Source: Edaphobacter aggregans | Lineage (GTDB): Bacteria > Acidobacteriota > Terriglobia > Terriglobales > Acidobacteriaceae | DNA length: 32,000 nt | Reading direction: 5' to 3' | Assembly (NCBI RefSeq): GCF_003945235.1 | Contig: NZ_RSDW01000001.1 | Span: 3,990,001-4,022,000, forward strand | Shown: positions 1 to 9,245 of the stretch, in pieces | How the letters are laid out: every line of letters starts with the position of its first letter | How positions within the stretch are numbered: position 1 is the stretch's first letter | The notes under the pieces: model-generated | Told to the model about the DNA's origin: nothing | What the model saw: only the letters and a program-made list of their open reading frames with translations | Database searches by the model: none | Made by a program: the position numbers and the translations under genes

Positions 1-465
1 CTCGGCCTCAAGCCACTGTGCCCTCTTCTGGCTGCGATGCAGCTCCATCTGGGTTCTAAGAATGCTGAGCAACCGCGCATTTTCCCATGGCTTCTGGATG
101 AAGTCGCCCGCGCCGCGCCTCATCGCATCCACCGCGAGATCGATATTGCCCCACGCGGTCATCACGACGATGGGTAGCTGGGCATCGATCTCTCTAACGC
201 GTGAGACAAGATCCAGTCCCTCCTGGCCCGAGGTTGTGTCGCGGGTGTAGTTTAAGTCAATCAGCAAACCGTCGAAGCTCTCGTGTGCTAGTGCATCGAG
301 CACCAGTGCAGGAGCGCGCACCATCTCGAGCTCGTAACCCTCTGGCTTCAGCAGCAGACGCAGAGCCTCGAGAATGTGTGGTTGGTCATCGGCGATCAGA
401 AGCCTGCAAGGCGTCTCCGCTGATGTCGTCGCCTTGTCGCCTGTGGCCATGCGTTCCACTATCAT
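1..465 (-). CDS. Response regulator, receiver (REC) domain. The 3' part runs off the left edge and the output domain is not visible; possibly NtrC/sigma54-activator class.
   Basis: My translation of the minus strand gives M(IVERM)ATGDKATTSAETPCRLLIADDQPHILEALRLLLKPEGYELEMV...FDGLLIDLNYTRDTTSGQEGLDLVSRVREIDAQLPIVVMTAWGNIDLAVDAMRRGAGDFIQKPWENARLLSILRTQMELHRSQKRAQWLEAE. It shows a CheY-like pattern (ADD ... IDLN ... MTAW ... KPW). GGAG lies 7 nt upstream of ATG 465; an alternative in-frame ATG is at 450. The ORF is absent from the ORF track because it is edge-truncated. Confidence 0.8.
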   Translation of the reverse strand, partial: MIVERMATGDKATTSAETPCRLLIADDQPHILEALRLLLKPEGYELEMVRAPALVLDALAHESFDGLLIDLNYTRDTTSGQEGLDLVSRVREIDAQLPIVVMTAWGNIDLAVDAMRRGAGDFIQKPWENARLLSILRTQMELHRSQKRAQWLEAE

Positions 466-483
466 CCCTTTACTCCACTCCGA

Positions 484-2370
484 TTACTGTCCGCCCGGCG
501 CAATGCCTGTCTTCGCCGATTCTATCGAAATCGAGTTGGCTTCCAACGTAGACCCGACCGAGCGTTCCAGCTCAATCTTAGCCTTTTGGTACGCCGTCAT
601 CGCGGCGACCAGGGTAGACTCGGCTTCTGCAAAGTCCCGGCGAGCGGTCAGAGTCTGGTAACTGGAGCCTGCTCCGAGCTCCTGTTCCTTGCTGGTGATC
701 TCGAAGGTCTTCTGTGCAAGGTCGCGTGCTTTTCGTGCTGCTACCACGCGGGCTTGACTCTGTTCCAGGGCATACTGTGCGTTTCGCACTTCGATGCGGA
801 TCTGCTTTTTCAACTGCTGTAGGCGCAGTTCTGACTGTCGTGCCTCCAATTCGGAGCGATATTGGTCCGACTTCGCCACGCGGTTGCGAATGGGAACGTT
901 GACTGAAAGTCCGACGTAGTAGTCAGGGGCCGAACCGTTGAAAGCGTTTTTCACCGCGCCCCCCCAGTCGGTCGGCGCAGTCGACATCTCCTCCGAAACG
1001 GGATTCGATGGTCCAGCAAGCCCTGTGCCACCGTAGAAAGCATTAAGCGAGACGGATGGGAGCAGGGCGTTGCGGGCCGCGTCGCGGCTGATACGGCGAC
1101 TATCGAGATCAATGCTGGATTCTGTCAGCTCCAAGCGATCGCGCAAGGCCTGCGCGATGATATCTTCCGTCGGCCCCTTGGCAGTTGTATCCTGCATTGC
1201 GCTTTGATCGGTGGGGCGCACTGGCATCGCCTCGAGAATCGGGTCGTCAAGGTTTTTTGTCAGCGCGTTTTTAATCAACAGTTCCTGAAACTGCAGCGTG
1301 GATTTCGCGATGGTGAGGTCTTGTTCGCGATTGGCAACTTCGGCCTCGGCCTTCATCACGTCCATTGCGGGAATGGCCTGCAGTGCAAGTTGTTTACGGT
1401 CATTGTCCAATGTCTGGTTAGCGAAGTCGAGGGAGCGGGTCTTGACCTGCTCGTCTTCATAGGCTGCCGCCAGATCCCAGTACATATTAGCGATTTGCGT
1501 GATCGTCGTAATGACCTGGAGCTTAAAAGCCGCGTCGGAGATCTTTTGATTGTTTTTTGCAATCCGCAGAAAGCGCAGATTAGGGCCGAAGCCGAATCCT
1601 GCCAGCAACTGTTGCTGAAGTGCAACGTGATAGTACGAGTTCAGCGTTGGATTCAGAAAGCTGTTCGGACTATTCGTTGCGCCGCGACTGTTTTCGAAGA
1701 CTGCAGAAAACATAGTTCCAGTCGGAAACGCCTGCGAGTATCCGATGTTGCCGTTCGTCGTATTCTGCTGCAGCGTTTGAGTTCCGTAGATCGACGTATT
1801 TGAGAGTGGCTGCGTGTAGTGTTCGATGTTGAACGAGCCCGTAAGGGAAGGGTCGTAGGAGGCGACATTGGTGCCAGTTCCCAGCGTGGACTGCACCAGT
1901 CCCGACGCACCTGAACCCGCGCCGCCTGCACCGCCCGATGTTCCACCGGCGCCGGCACCAGCCGAACTTGAGCCGAAGCCACCCACGCCGCCGCCCGGTG
2001 TATTCTGCACGACGCCTGTATTGACGCCGCGGAAGGAACCACCAGCCTGCGTTCGCAGAATATCTGCCTGCGCGATCGGAATGTTATAGCGCGCAATCGC
2101 CAGATCAAGGTTGTTCTCAAGTGCGAGGGAGATTGCGTCCTTCAGCGATAATTCCAGAACTCCGTCATGCACCAGCGAATCGATCCTCGCCGAATTTGCG
2201 AGATTCGGTTGCGGTACCAGCGTCGCCCGGTATGTGTTTAGTGGATTGTCGGAGTGCGGGATATCCAGCCGCAGCGCTGGTGCTGTTGCAGTACTCTCCT
2301 GTGCGATTCCAGACGCGGTCACGAGGGCAACCAGGCTTACGCGGGCCAGAAGGGAAGCAGACCTTCTCAC
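484..2370 (-). CDS. TolC-family outer-membrane efflux protein (outer membrane factor)
   Basis: 628-aa ORF with signal peptide MRRSASLLARVSLVALVTASGIAQE. It has the TolC-like two-repeat helical pattern (LSLKDAISLALENNLDLAIARYNI...; LELTESSIDLDSRRISRDAARNALLPSVSL...). The GTG start overlaps the upstream ATPase stop (GTGA). Confidence 0.85.
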   Translation of the reverse strand: MRRSASLLARVSLVALVTASGIAQESTATAPALRLDIPHSDNPLNTYRATLVPQPNLANSARIDSLVHDGVLELSLKDAISLALENNLDLAIARYNIPIAQADILRTQAGGSFRGVNTGVVQNTPGGGVGGFGSSSAGAGAGGTSGGAGGAGSGASGLVQSTLGTGTNVASYDPSLTGSFNIEHYTQPLSNTSIYGTQTLQQNTTNGNIGYSQAFPTGTMFSAVFENSRGATNSPNSFLNPTLNSYYHVALQQQLLAGFGFGPNLRFLRIAKNNQKISDAAFKLQVITTITQIANMYWDLAAAYEDEQVKTRSLDFANQTLDNDRKQLALQAIPAMDVMKAEAEVANREQDLTIAKSTLQFQELLIKNALTKNLDDPILEAMPVRPTDQSAMQDTTAKGPTEDIIAQALRDRLELTESSIDLDSRRISRDAARNALLPSVSLNAFYGGTGLAGPSNPVSEEMSTAPTDWGGAVKNAFNGSAPDYYVGLSVNVPIRNRVAKSDQYRSELEARQSELRLQQLKKQIRIEVRNAQYALEQSQARVVAARKARDLAQKTFEITSKEQELGAGSSYQTLTARRDFAEAESTLVAAMTAYQKAKIELERSVGSTLEANSISIESAKTGIAPGGQ

Positions 2371-3062
2371 GAATGGACCTCCTCTGTACTTGTGGCCGTG
2401 TCGGAGTACATCCAGCCGTCACGCAGTTCAATGGTTCGGGTTCCATAGCGGGCATTGGCCTCCGAATGCGTGACCTGCACGATCGTTGTGCCCTGTTGAT
2501 TCAACATGTGAAACAACTCCATAATCTCCTTTGCCTGTGCGGACTGAAGGTTGCCGGTCGGCTCGTCGGCCAGCAGCAGCGAAGGACGGTGAATGACAGC
2601 CCGAGCGATGCCAACTAACTGTTGCTGTCCGCCGGAGAGCTGGCCAGGATACAGGTCTTTCTTGCCGACGATGTTGAAGCGATCGAGCGTGTCGGCCACC
2701 AACGCTTGCCGTTCGAACTTAGGAATGTCCTTATAGGACAGGGGCAGGTCGATGTTCTCGGCCACTGTTAGATCGTCCAGCAGGTGATAGCTCTGGAAGA
2801 CCATGCCGATTCGCCGCCGGGCAAGGTCGGCTCGCTGCTTGCGGTTCATTGTTTGTACCGCGACGCCGTCAAAGTTGAACTCGCCCTTCCATTGGTCATC
2901 GAGCATCCCGAGCACATTCATCAGCGATGACTTGCCTGCACCGGATGGCCCCATGACGGTTACAAATTCACCTTCGTTAATTGTCAGATTTACGCGTCGC
3001 AAGACCCAGGTTTCCGTATGCCCAGCCCTGTAGCTGCGTTCCAGGTTTCTCAGTTCGATCAT
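2367..3062 (-). CDS. ABC transporter ATP-binding protein, MacB/LolD type (ATPase 2)
   Basis: 231 aa. Walker A GPSGAGKSS, signature LSGGQQQ, Walker B LLLADEPT, H-loop VTHS. It begins 5 nt after the stop of the upstream permease. Confidence 0.9.
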   Translation of the reverse strand: MIELRNLERSYRAGHTETWVLRRVNLTINEGEFVTVMGPSGAGKSSLMNVLGMLDDQWKGEFNFDGVAVQTMNRKQRADLARRRIGMVFQSYHLLDDLTVAENIDLPLSYKDIPKFERQALVADTLDRFNIVGKKDLYPGQLSGGQQQLVGIARAVIHRPSLLLADEPTGNLQSAQAKEIMELFHMLNQQGTTIVQVTHSEANARYGTRTIELRDGWMYSDTATSTEEVHS

Positions 3063-3067
3063 GATTT

Positions 3068-5566
3068 TTATTCCATCCTCAACGCTTGCGTTGGTTCTAC
3101 CGATGCCGCGCGCTGCGCGGGCAATGCCGCGGCGACGATTACCATTATCGCCGTGACTGCAATACAGGCGATCAGTGTTCCAGGATCAAGTGGCTGGACC
3201 TCGAATAACTGGCTCCGTAGGAATCGGGATAATGCAACTGACACTGGCAAAGCTACCGTAAGTCCAACTGCCGCAATCTTTACCATGTCCATAAGCACGA
3301 GCTGCACGACCGCAATCCGCTGTGCGCCAAGAGCCATCCGGATGCCAATCTCTCGCGTCCGTTGTGCTGTTGCGTATGCCAACACGCCATATAAACCCAC
3401 AGCAGTTGTCAGGAGAGCTACCAGAGCAAAGCTTACTGCGAGCAACGCGATCATCCGTTCATTCGATACGTTTGCGTCGATCTGCTCGTCCATCGTCTTC
3501 ATTGAATCGGCGACGAGCTTCGGGTCCAACCCATGGAGTGCCGTGCGGATCGTGTTCTCCGCAGCTTCCGGAGCCTGCTCAGTCCGCACGTAGAACACCA
3601 GATTGTTTGCCCCGAGATTCTGAGCAAACGGTCGGTACAGCGTCCTCACGACACCTTCTCGAACACCGTGCTGTTTGGCGTCGCCAACGACTCCTACAAT
3701 TTGCGTATCGAGTTTGACTTTGTCCCCGGCCCCCTGGGCAATGGAGTGTCCCAGCGCCTTCTGAGGAGAGCCAAAATATTTCACTGCAAAGCTCTGGTTC
3801 ACTACCGCCACCCTCGGAGCACCGGTGGTATCCGCTTCAGCAAGATCGCGCCCCGCAATGAGGGGAATTCCCAGCGCTGCAAAGTAGCCCGGTGTGATCC
3901 ATGGCGTCTCGACATCAACGTCCTCATCGGCCTTTGCGGCATAGCCTTCGATCGTGATGTTGCTCTGAGTGTCGTCGTCTGCCAGCACAGGATCCGACGT
4001 CCCGCCAGCCACTTGCACCCCAGGCAGTCCGCGCAGCACGGCCCGAATCCGGTCCTGCAACGGGATCGCATCTTTCTGCGCATATCCGGCCATCGTTGGC
4101 GAAATCCCCAACTCCACCAGATGATCCGTCGTCATACCCATGTCCTGTGCCTTGAGGTTGTGAAGAGTCCTAACAAATAGCCCAGCCCCACTCAGCAGAA
4201 GGACGCTCAACCCGATCTGGATTGCAATTGCTGTTCGACGGAAGCGCTGCGCCGCACCCAAAGTGCTTGCCGATTGCTGGCGCAGCGACTCATTCAGTCC
4301 AGGCCTCATCATCTGCCACGCCGGCGCCATACTGAACAGCAGGCTGATGCCTACGGACAACGCCAGATTGAACCCGAATACTGTTCCAGTCGGTGCCACA
4401 GAGAAAGGCAGATCCCCACTTTCACTGATTCGCCGCACCAACATCGCCGCAGCCGTTGGCGCCAAAGCCAGACCTAGCGCGCCGCCCAGCGTTCCAAGCA
4501 GCAGTCCTTCAATCAGCATCTGCCGCAGAATGCGCCCGCGCGCCGCTCCAAGAGCGTATCGCACTGCAAACTCGCGTTCCCTTGCCGACGCCCGTACCAG
4601 CAGTAAGCTCGTCAGATTGACGCAGGTCATCGCCGCCAGCAGAAGCACCATCACCATCAAAATCATGAGCGGTGTCCGGAGGCTGTCTCTCAGGGGAGAG
4701 AAGCCCTTCGCATCATCCGTCAACACGATGCTCGACTTCGCGACAAAGTGTTCGCGAAACTGTGCAGAGATCGTCGGCATCGTGTTCAACTCTTCAGTGC
4801 GGAGGCTGCGCCATAGCGTGGTCATTGCCGCAGCAGCTGTCGTCGCGCTAACTTCCGGCTTCAGTCTGCCCACAATATTCAGCCATCGTGATCGGTGGTC
4901 TTCCAGATCGTCCCGGCCCGGCATCACTTGCGGCTTCATTGTCATCGGCACAAAAATCTTCGGTGTATACCCGTTGATCGCACTGCTGAACCCTGCTGCC
5001 GCCACTCCGACAATCGTGAACGGATGACCGTTGATCAGCAATGTCTGATTCACTGCATCCGATGAAGAGTTGAACCGCGTCTTCCAGTAGTCGTAACTTA
5101 AGACCACGACGGGACTGCCTTCCTTCACGACGTCATCGCTCGGTACAAGCAGCCTTCCTGCTGCCGACTTCACACCCAACACATCGAAGTAGTTTCCGCT
5201 AACGATCTCCGCCGACAGCAACTCCGGCTGGTTCTTCCATACCGCACCTACCTGCGTTTCATCGTTCGCTAGTAGTCCGCCGAATACAGTGTTTTTGTCT
5301 CGCAGATCGCGATACATCGGATAAGAAAAGAAGTCCTTATCCGTACCGCCAAACACGCTGATATGTCCCCTGTCAGACCCGATGAAGCTTAGCCGTACCA
5401 GTTCCTCCGGTCGCTGAACCGGCAGCATCCGCAGCAGCACTTGATTGAACACCGTAAAGATTGCGGTGTTCGCGCCGATCCCCAATGCAAGCGTTAGAAT
5501 CGCCGTCAGCGTAAAAGCCGGCGCTTTCTTCAACTGCCGCAATGCATAACGAAGATCCTGCATCAT
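3068..5566 (-). CDS. Duplicated FtsX/MacB-type ABC permease, ADOP-like (permease 2)
   Basis: 832 aa. The N-terminus MMQDLRYALRQLKKAPAFTLTAILTLALGIGANTAIFTVFNQVLLRMLP is characteristic of the ADOP family. Two MacB-periplasmic-domain plus FtsX-like 4-TM modules can be recognised. GGAGAGAG RBS upstream. Confidence 0.85.
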   Translation of the reverse strand: MMQDLRYALRQLKKAPAFTLTAILTLALGIGANTAIFTVFNQVLLRMLPVQRPEELVRLSFIGSDRGHISVFGGTDKDFFSYPMYRDLRDKNTVFGGLLANDETQVGAVWKNQPELLSAEIVSGNYFDVLGVKSAAGRLLVPSDDVVKEGSPVVVLSYDYWKTRFNSSSDAVNQTLLINGHPFTIVGVAAAGFSSAINGYTPKIFVPMTMKPQVMPGRDDLEDHRSRWLNIVGRLKPEVSATTAAAAMTTLWRSLRTEELNTMPTISAQFREHFVAKSSIVLTDDAKGFSPLRDSLRTPLMILMVMVLLLAAMTCVNLTSLLLVRASAREREFAVRYALGAARGRILRQMLIEGLLLGTLGGALGLALAPTAAAMLVRRISESGDLPFSVAPTGTVFGFNLALSVGISLLFSMAPAWQMMRPGLNESLRQQSASTLGAAQRFRRTAIAIQIGLSVLLLSGAGLFVRTLHNLKAQDMGMTTDHLVELGISPTMAGYAQKDAIPLQDRIRAVLRGLPGVQVAGGTSDPVLADDDTQSNITIEGYAAKADEDVDVETPWITPGYFAALGIPLIAGRDLAEADTTGAPRVAVVNQSFAVKYFGSPQKALGHSIAQGAGDKVKLDTQIVGVVGDAKQHGVREGVVRTLYRPFAQNLGANNLVFYVRTEQAPEAAENTIRTALHGLDPKLVADSMKTMDEQIDANVSNERMIALLAVSFALVALLTTAVGLYGVLAYATAQRTREIGIRMALGAQRIAVVQLVLMDMVKIAAVGLTVALPVSVALSRFLRSQLFEVQPLDPGTLIACIAVTAIMVIVAAALPAQRAASVEPTQALRME

Positions 5567-5576
5567 CTGCTCTCTC

Positions 5577-8129
5577 CTATTCGGTCCGCAATGCCTTCAC
5601 CGGATCGGTCGAAGCTGCCCGCCGCGCCGGAATAAGTCCGGCGGCGAACGCGGAACCGATCAACGTCGCAATCGCCGCGAACAGTACTGTTGCATCATGA
5701 CGGGCGACGCTATAAAGCTGCGATTGCACGAATCGGGCGCACAGCAAAGCGACAGGGATGCCAATCGCGAGACCTATTCCGGCCTGGATCATCGCCTCTC
5801 GGAGTACCATGCTGACGACGCTGCCACGACCTGCTCCCATCGCCATGCGTATTCCAATTTCAGGAGTGCGCCGCGCAACCGTGTAGGCAGTGACACCGTA
5901 GAGTCCGACTGACGCCAAGATGAGAGCAAGAACGCCGAACATCAATGTCAGCCGGGCTATGAGGCGTTCCTGGTTGAATTGTCCTCTAATCTGTCCAGCG
6001 AATGTGTCGTAGCGCGTTACCGTAAGATTTGGATCAATGTTTGCCAGCGTCCGGCGCATCTGCGCTTCCAATCCTTCGACCGAGCCCTTGGTTTGCAACA
6101 TGATCGCTCCTGCATATAGCGAGCGGATGTCGTCCTCAGGCTTTGTGTGGGCAACTTGCAGGAGTGGGCGGAAGTACATCGCACGCATCGGTTGGCGTAC
6201 GTTGTTGTACTTCACATCGGAAACCACTCCCACAATCTCAAAGTCGGCAGCGCTTTCAACACCCGATATGCCGAAGTGAACGCCGATAGGGTCTTCTCCC
6301 TTGGTGAAGAATTTTTTGACGAAGGCCTGATTGACCACTGCGACAGGAGTGGAGGTTGCTGTATCTTGCGCGGTGATTCCGCGCCCGCGAAGCACGTGGT
6401 GTCCGACGATCTCGAAGAATTCCGGCCCCACACGCAACCATGAGGCGCCAATATTCTCGCCTGCTCTGGGCTCGGGTCTGCCCTGAATCACAACGCCTTC
6501 GCCCCAGTTGTTTCCCTCGAGGGGCGTGTACAGGGATAGAGAGGCTCGCTCCACTCCGGGCAGCGCGTGAAGATCTTGATCAATCTTCTCGTAGAGCGGT
6601 TGTAACTGCTCGGGCTTGAAGCCTGCATTCTCCGGATTAAAGTGTGCAACTACCCGATTATGGGTCTCGACCCCAAAGTCCTGATTCTCCAATTTATTCA
6701 GGCTCTTCGCCATCAAACCTGCGCCGACCAACAGCACTAGAGATAGCGCCGCCTGCAGAATGACCAGCGATCGTTGCAGCCAGCCTGAGTGGTCCATCGT
6801 AGATCTGTTCGATCCGCGCAATGCCTCAGCTGGCTCAGAGTGCGATGTTACCCAGGCTGGCGCGATGCCGAAGATTAACCCTGTTATCAGCGATAGTCCG
6901 AATGCAAACGTGAGCACGACTGGAGACGGAGTTGCATGGATAGGGAGATTCGTAGCACCAGGGAAGGCCATGGTCAGAAGCACTCTCGTGCCGCCATACG
7001 CAACCACCAATCCAGCAAGGCCGCCCATGCACGATAGCACCACACTCTCGGTGAGCATCTGCCGGATCAGTCTCTTTCTCTGTGCGCCCAGCGCCATGCG
7101 TATCGAAGTCTCTGCACGCCGCGCCATGCCGCGCACGAGCACCAGGTTCGCAATGTTGGCACATGCGATCAGCAGAACCAGCGCGGAGATAGAGATCAGA
7201 AGCCGAAGTCCAGTGCCGAACTCCTGCTGCATGTTCGCGATGCCGACTCCGCCCGGCGTAAGGATCACATGCGATTCTGCGAGATTTTTCTTCTCATCTT
7301 CTTTCTGGTAGAGCGGGAGTTGTGTGAGATAGTTGCGCAGAGATGCGCTCATCTTCGCCTGCAAGGGAGCCATCGCAGTTCCGGGCTTGACCCGACCCAA
7401 GATGTAGACCCAGTTCGCTCCCTGACGATGCAAAAGGCTCGTCGGATGAGCAGGGCCGAGGAGGGGCTCCATGGCCATGGGGATGTAGAAATCCGGCGGA
7501 GTGTCTGTCATACGATCTCCGTAGAATCCGGCAGGAGCAATCCCCAAAATGGTCACCGGATATGTATTCAGCACAAAAGTGCTGCCGACAACCGAGGGAT
7601 CGAGAGCGTAATCACGTTGCCACGTCTGGTAGCTCATGACAACTCCCATAGGCGCTCCGACAACATCGTCGCTCGGTGTCAGGAGCCGTCCCGCATAGGG
7701 CTGTAGACCGAAGACCTGGAAGTAATTGCCGGAGACCATCTCTCCCCGTGTAGCTTTCGGCAGTGAATCGGGCTTGTTACTACGCGCCGTGATCGAGCCG
7801 TATCCTACACCTGCCTGCATTGCGGCCAACTGCTCGAACTCGGGCGTATTGTCGCGAAGATGTGTATAGAGTTCGTAGGCAAATAACGAATAGTTATTGT
7901 TTTCCGGCGTACCACCGTTGACGCAGCAATCGTCCTGGTCGCCAACCCGGACCAATGTTTTGGGGTCGGTGACCGGCAGATTCTTGAGCAGCACAGCGTT
8001 CACCAGCGTGAAGATTGCTGCATTTGCGCCAATCCCAAGTGCCAGCGTCAAGATCGCCGTCAGAGTAAATCCAGGAGCCTTCCGCAACTGACGCAGCGCG
8101 TACTGTACGTCCTGTATCAATCGGTTCAT
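5577..8129 (-). CDS. Duplicated FtsX/MacB-type ABC permease, ADOP-like (permease 1)
   Basis: 850 aa. N-terminus MNRLIQDVQYALRQLRKAPGFTLTAILTLALGIGANAAIFTLVNAVLLKNLP, with the same two-module architecture as 3068..5566. GAGGA RBS 8 nt upstream of the ATG. Confidence 0.85.
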   Translation of the reverse strand: MNRLIQDVQYALRQLRKAPGFTLTAILTLALGIGANAAIFTLVNAVLLKNLPVTDPKTLVRVGDQDDCCVNGGTPENNNYSLFAYELYTHLRDNTPEFEQLAAMQAGVGYGSITARSNKPDSLPKATRGEMVSGNYFQVFGLQPYAGRLLTPSDDVVGAPMGVVMSYQTWQRDYALDPSVVGSTFVLNTYPVTILGIAPAGFYGDRMTDTPPDFYIPMAMEPLLGPAHPTSLLHRQGANWVYILGRVKPGTAMAPLQAKMSASLRNYLTQLPLYQKEDEKKNLAESHVILTPGGVGIANMQQEFGTGLRLLISISALVLLIACANIANLVLVRGMARRAETSIRMALGAQRKRLIRQMLTESVVLSCMGGLAGLVVAYGGTRVLLTMAFPGATNLPIHATPSPVVLTFAFGLSLITGLIFGIAPAWVTSHSEPAEALRGSNRSTMDHSGWLQRSLVILQAALSLVLLVGAGLMAKSLNKLENQDFGVETHNRVVAHFNPENAGFKPEQLQPLYEKIDQDLHALPGVERASLSLYTPLEGNNWGEGVVIQGRPEPRAGENIGASWLRVGPEFFEIVGHHVLRGRGITAQDTATSTPVAVVNQAFVKKFFTKGEDPIGVHFGISGVESAADFEIVGVVSDVKYNNVRQPMRAMYFRPLLQVAHTKPEDDIRSLYAGAIMLQTKGSVEGLEAQMRRTLANIDPNLTVTRYDTFAGQIRGQFNQERLIARLTLMFGVLALILASVGLYGVTAYTVARRTPEIGIRMAMGAGRGSVVSMVLREAMIQAGIGLAIGIPVALLCARFVQSQLYSVARHDATVLFAAIATLIGSAFAAGLIPARRAASTDPVKALRTE

Positions 8130-8158
8130 TGCTTGATCCTCGTTTTGCGAAGGAGATA

Positions 8159-8515
8159 TTAGGCTGCCTGTTTAGTTCCGCGGTAGCTCAGCGCACTTGC
8201 AACATCGGTGTGCACGACATTCGAGTGCACGCTGGGCAGAGGCACACTCAACTTCACGCTGTACTGCCGCATCCCAATGATCACAGTGAATCCTGGCTTC
8301 GGCTCGGCAGAGCAGACATGCGAGCGCATTGCATTGATCTCGTTCTCAACAGGGTCGCCACTATTTGCGCTTAACCGCAGACCGTCTCCATCTGCCATAC
8401 AGAAGAACGCCGCATTGAATCCGACACCCATCACCACTGCCAGAATCAGCGCCGCGGCAAATCCAGGCTGCTCGCGAAAATCAGCCTTCATGTCATTCAC
8501 TATCTCAGCGATCAT
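8159..8515 (-). CDS. Small single-TM protein resembling only the N-terminal TM1 segment of an FtsX/ADOP permease (accessory subunit or gene remnant)
   Basis: 118-aa ORF. Its ATG overlaps the ATPase-1 stop (ATGA at 8512-8515). The segment FREQPGFAAALILAVVMGVGFNAAFF parallels LRKAPGFTLTAILTLALGIGANAAIF of the neighbouring ADOPs. I do not recognise the rest of the protein. Confidence 0.35.
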   Translation of the reverse strand: MIAEIVNDMKADFREQPGFAAALILAVVMGVGFNAAFFCMADGDGLRLSANSGDPVENEINAMRSHVCSAEPKPGFTVIIGMRQYSVKLSVPLPSVHSNVVHTDVASALSYRGTKQAA

Positions 8516-9234
8516 CCCTCTACCTCCGCCAGTAGCCGGCTCAGCTCTCCTTCGGCTACGACTTTGCCATCGAATAGATGTATCTGCCGTTCCGCATGCG
8601 CTGCAAAACGTGGATCGTGCGTCACCATGCAGATGGTTGCTCCCTCGTCATGCAGTTCCTTCAGCAACGTCATCACGGCTTCGCCATTCTTCGAATCAAG
8701 ATTTCCCGTGGGCTCGTCGGCCAGCAGGATGGACGGCGAACCCGCCAGCGCTCTCGCTACGGCGACTCTCTGTTGCTGACCACCCGAGAGCTGCGCTGGA
8801 TAGTGCCTCATACGATGCGCCATATTCACGCGCTCCAGCGACTCCTGCACGCGCTTCTTGCGCTCCGAGGCAGGCATACCCGTGCGATAGGTCAGAGGAA
8901 GCTCAACATTTTCAGCAACGGTAAGGTCGCCGATCAGATTGAAGCTCTGGAAGATGAAGCCGATCTCCTGGTTGCGTATGCGTGAGCGGTCGGCGAAGTT
9001 CAGGTTCGCCACTGCCTTGCTGTTCAACGTGTAGTTGCCGCTGGTCGGCGTATCCAGCAAGCCGATGATCGACAGCAGTGTCGATTTGCCGCATCCGGAA
9101 GGACCAGACATGGCCACGTACTCGCCGCGCGCAATGTTAAGGTGAACCCCGGAGAGTGCATGTGTTTCGATCTCGTCCGTGTAGAAGATCTTCGTCAGCT
9201 GCTCAATCTCGATAATCGTCTCTGCCATGCTCAT
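8512..9234 (-). CDS. ABC transporter ATP-binding protein, MacB/LolD type (ATPase 1)
   Basis: Walker A GPSGCGKST, signature LSGGQQQ, Walker B ILLADEPT, H-loop VTHD. I chose the start at ATG 9234 (MSMAETIIEIEQL), which lies just downstream of AAGGAG (9243-9238). The track start at 9279 would overlap the adaptor gene by 34 nt. Confidence 0.9.
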   Translation of the reverse strand: MSMAETIIEIEQLTKIFYTDEIETHALSGVHLNIARGEYVAMSGPSGCGKSTLLSIIGLLDTPTSGNYTLNSKAVANLNFADRSRIRNQEIGFIFQSFNLIGDLTVAENVELPLTYRTGMPASERKKRVQESLERVNMAHRMRHYPAQLSGGQQQRVAVARALAGSPSILLADEPTGNLDSKNGEAVMTLLKELHDEGATICMVTHDPRFAAHAERQIHLFDGKVVAEGELSRLLAEVEG

Positions 9235-9245
9235 GCTCTCCTTGC

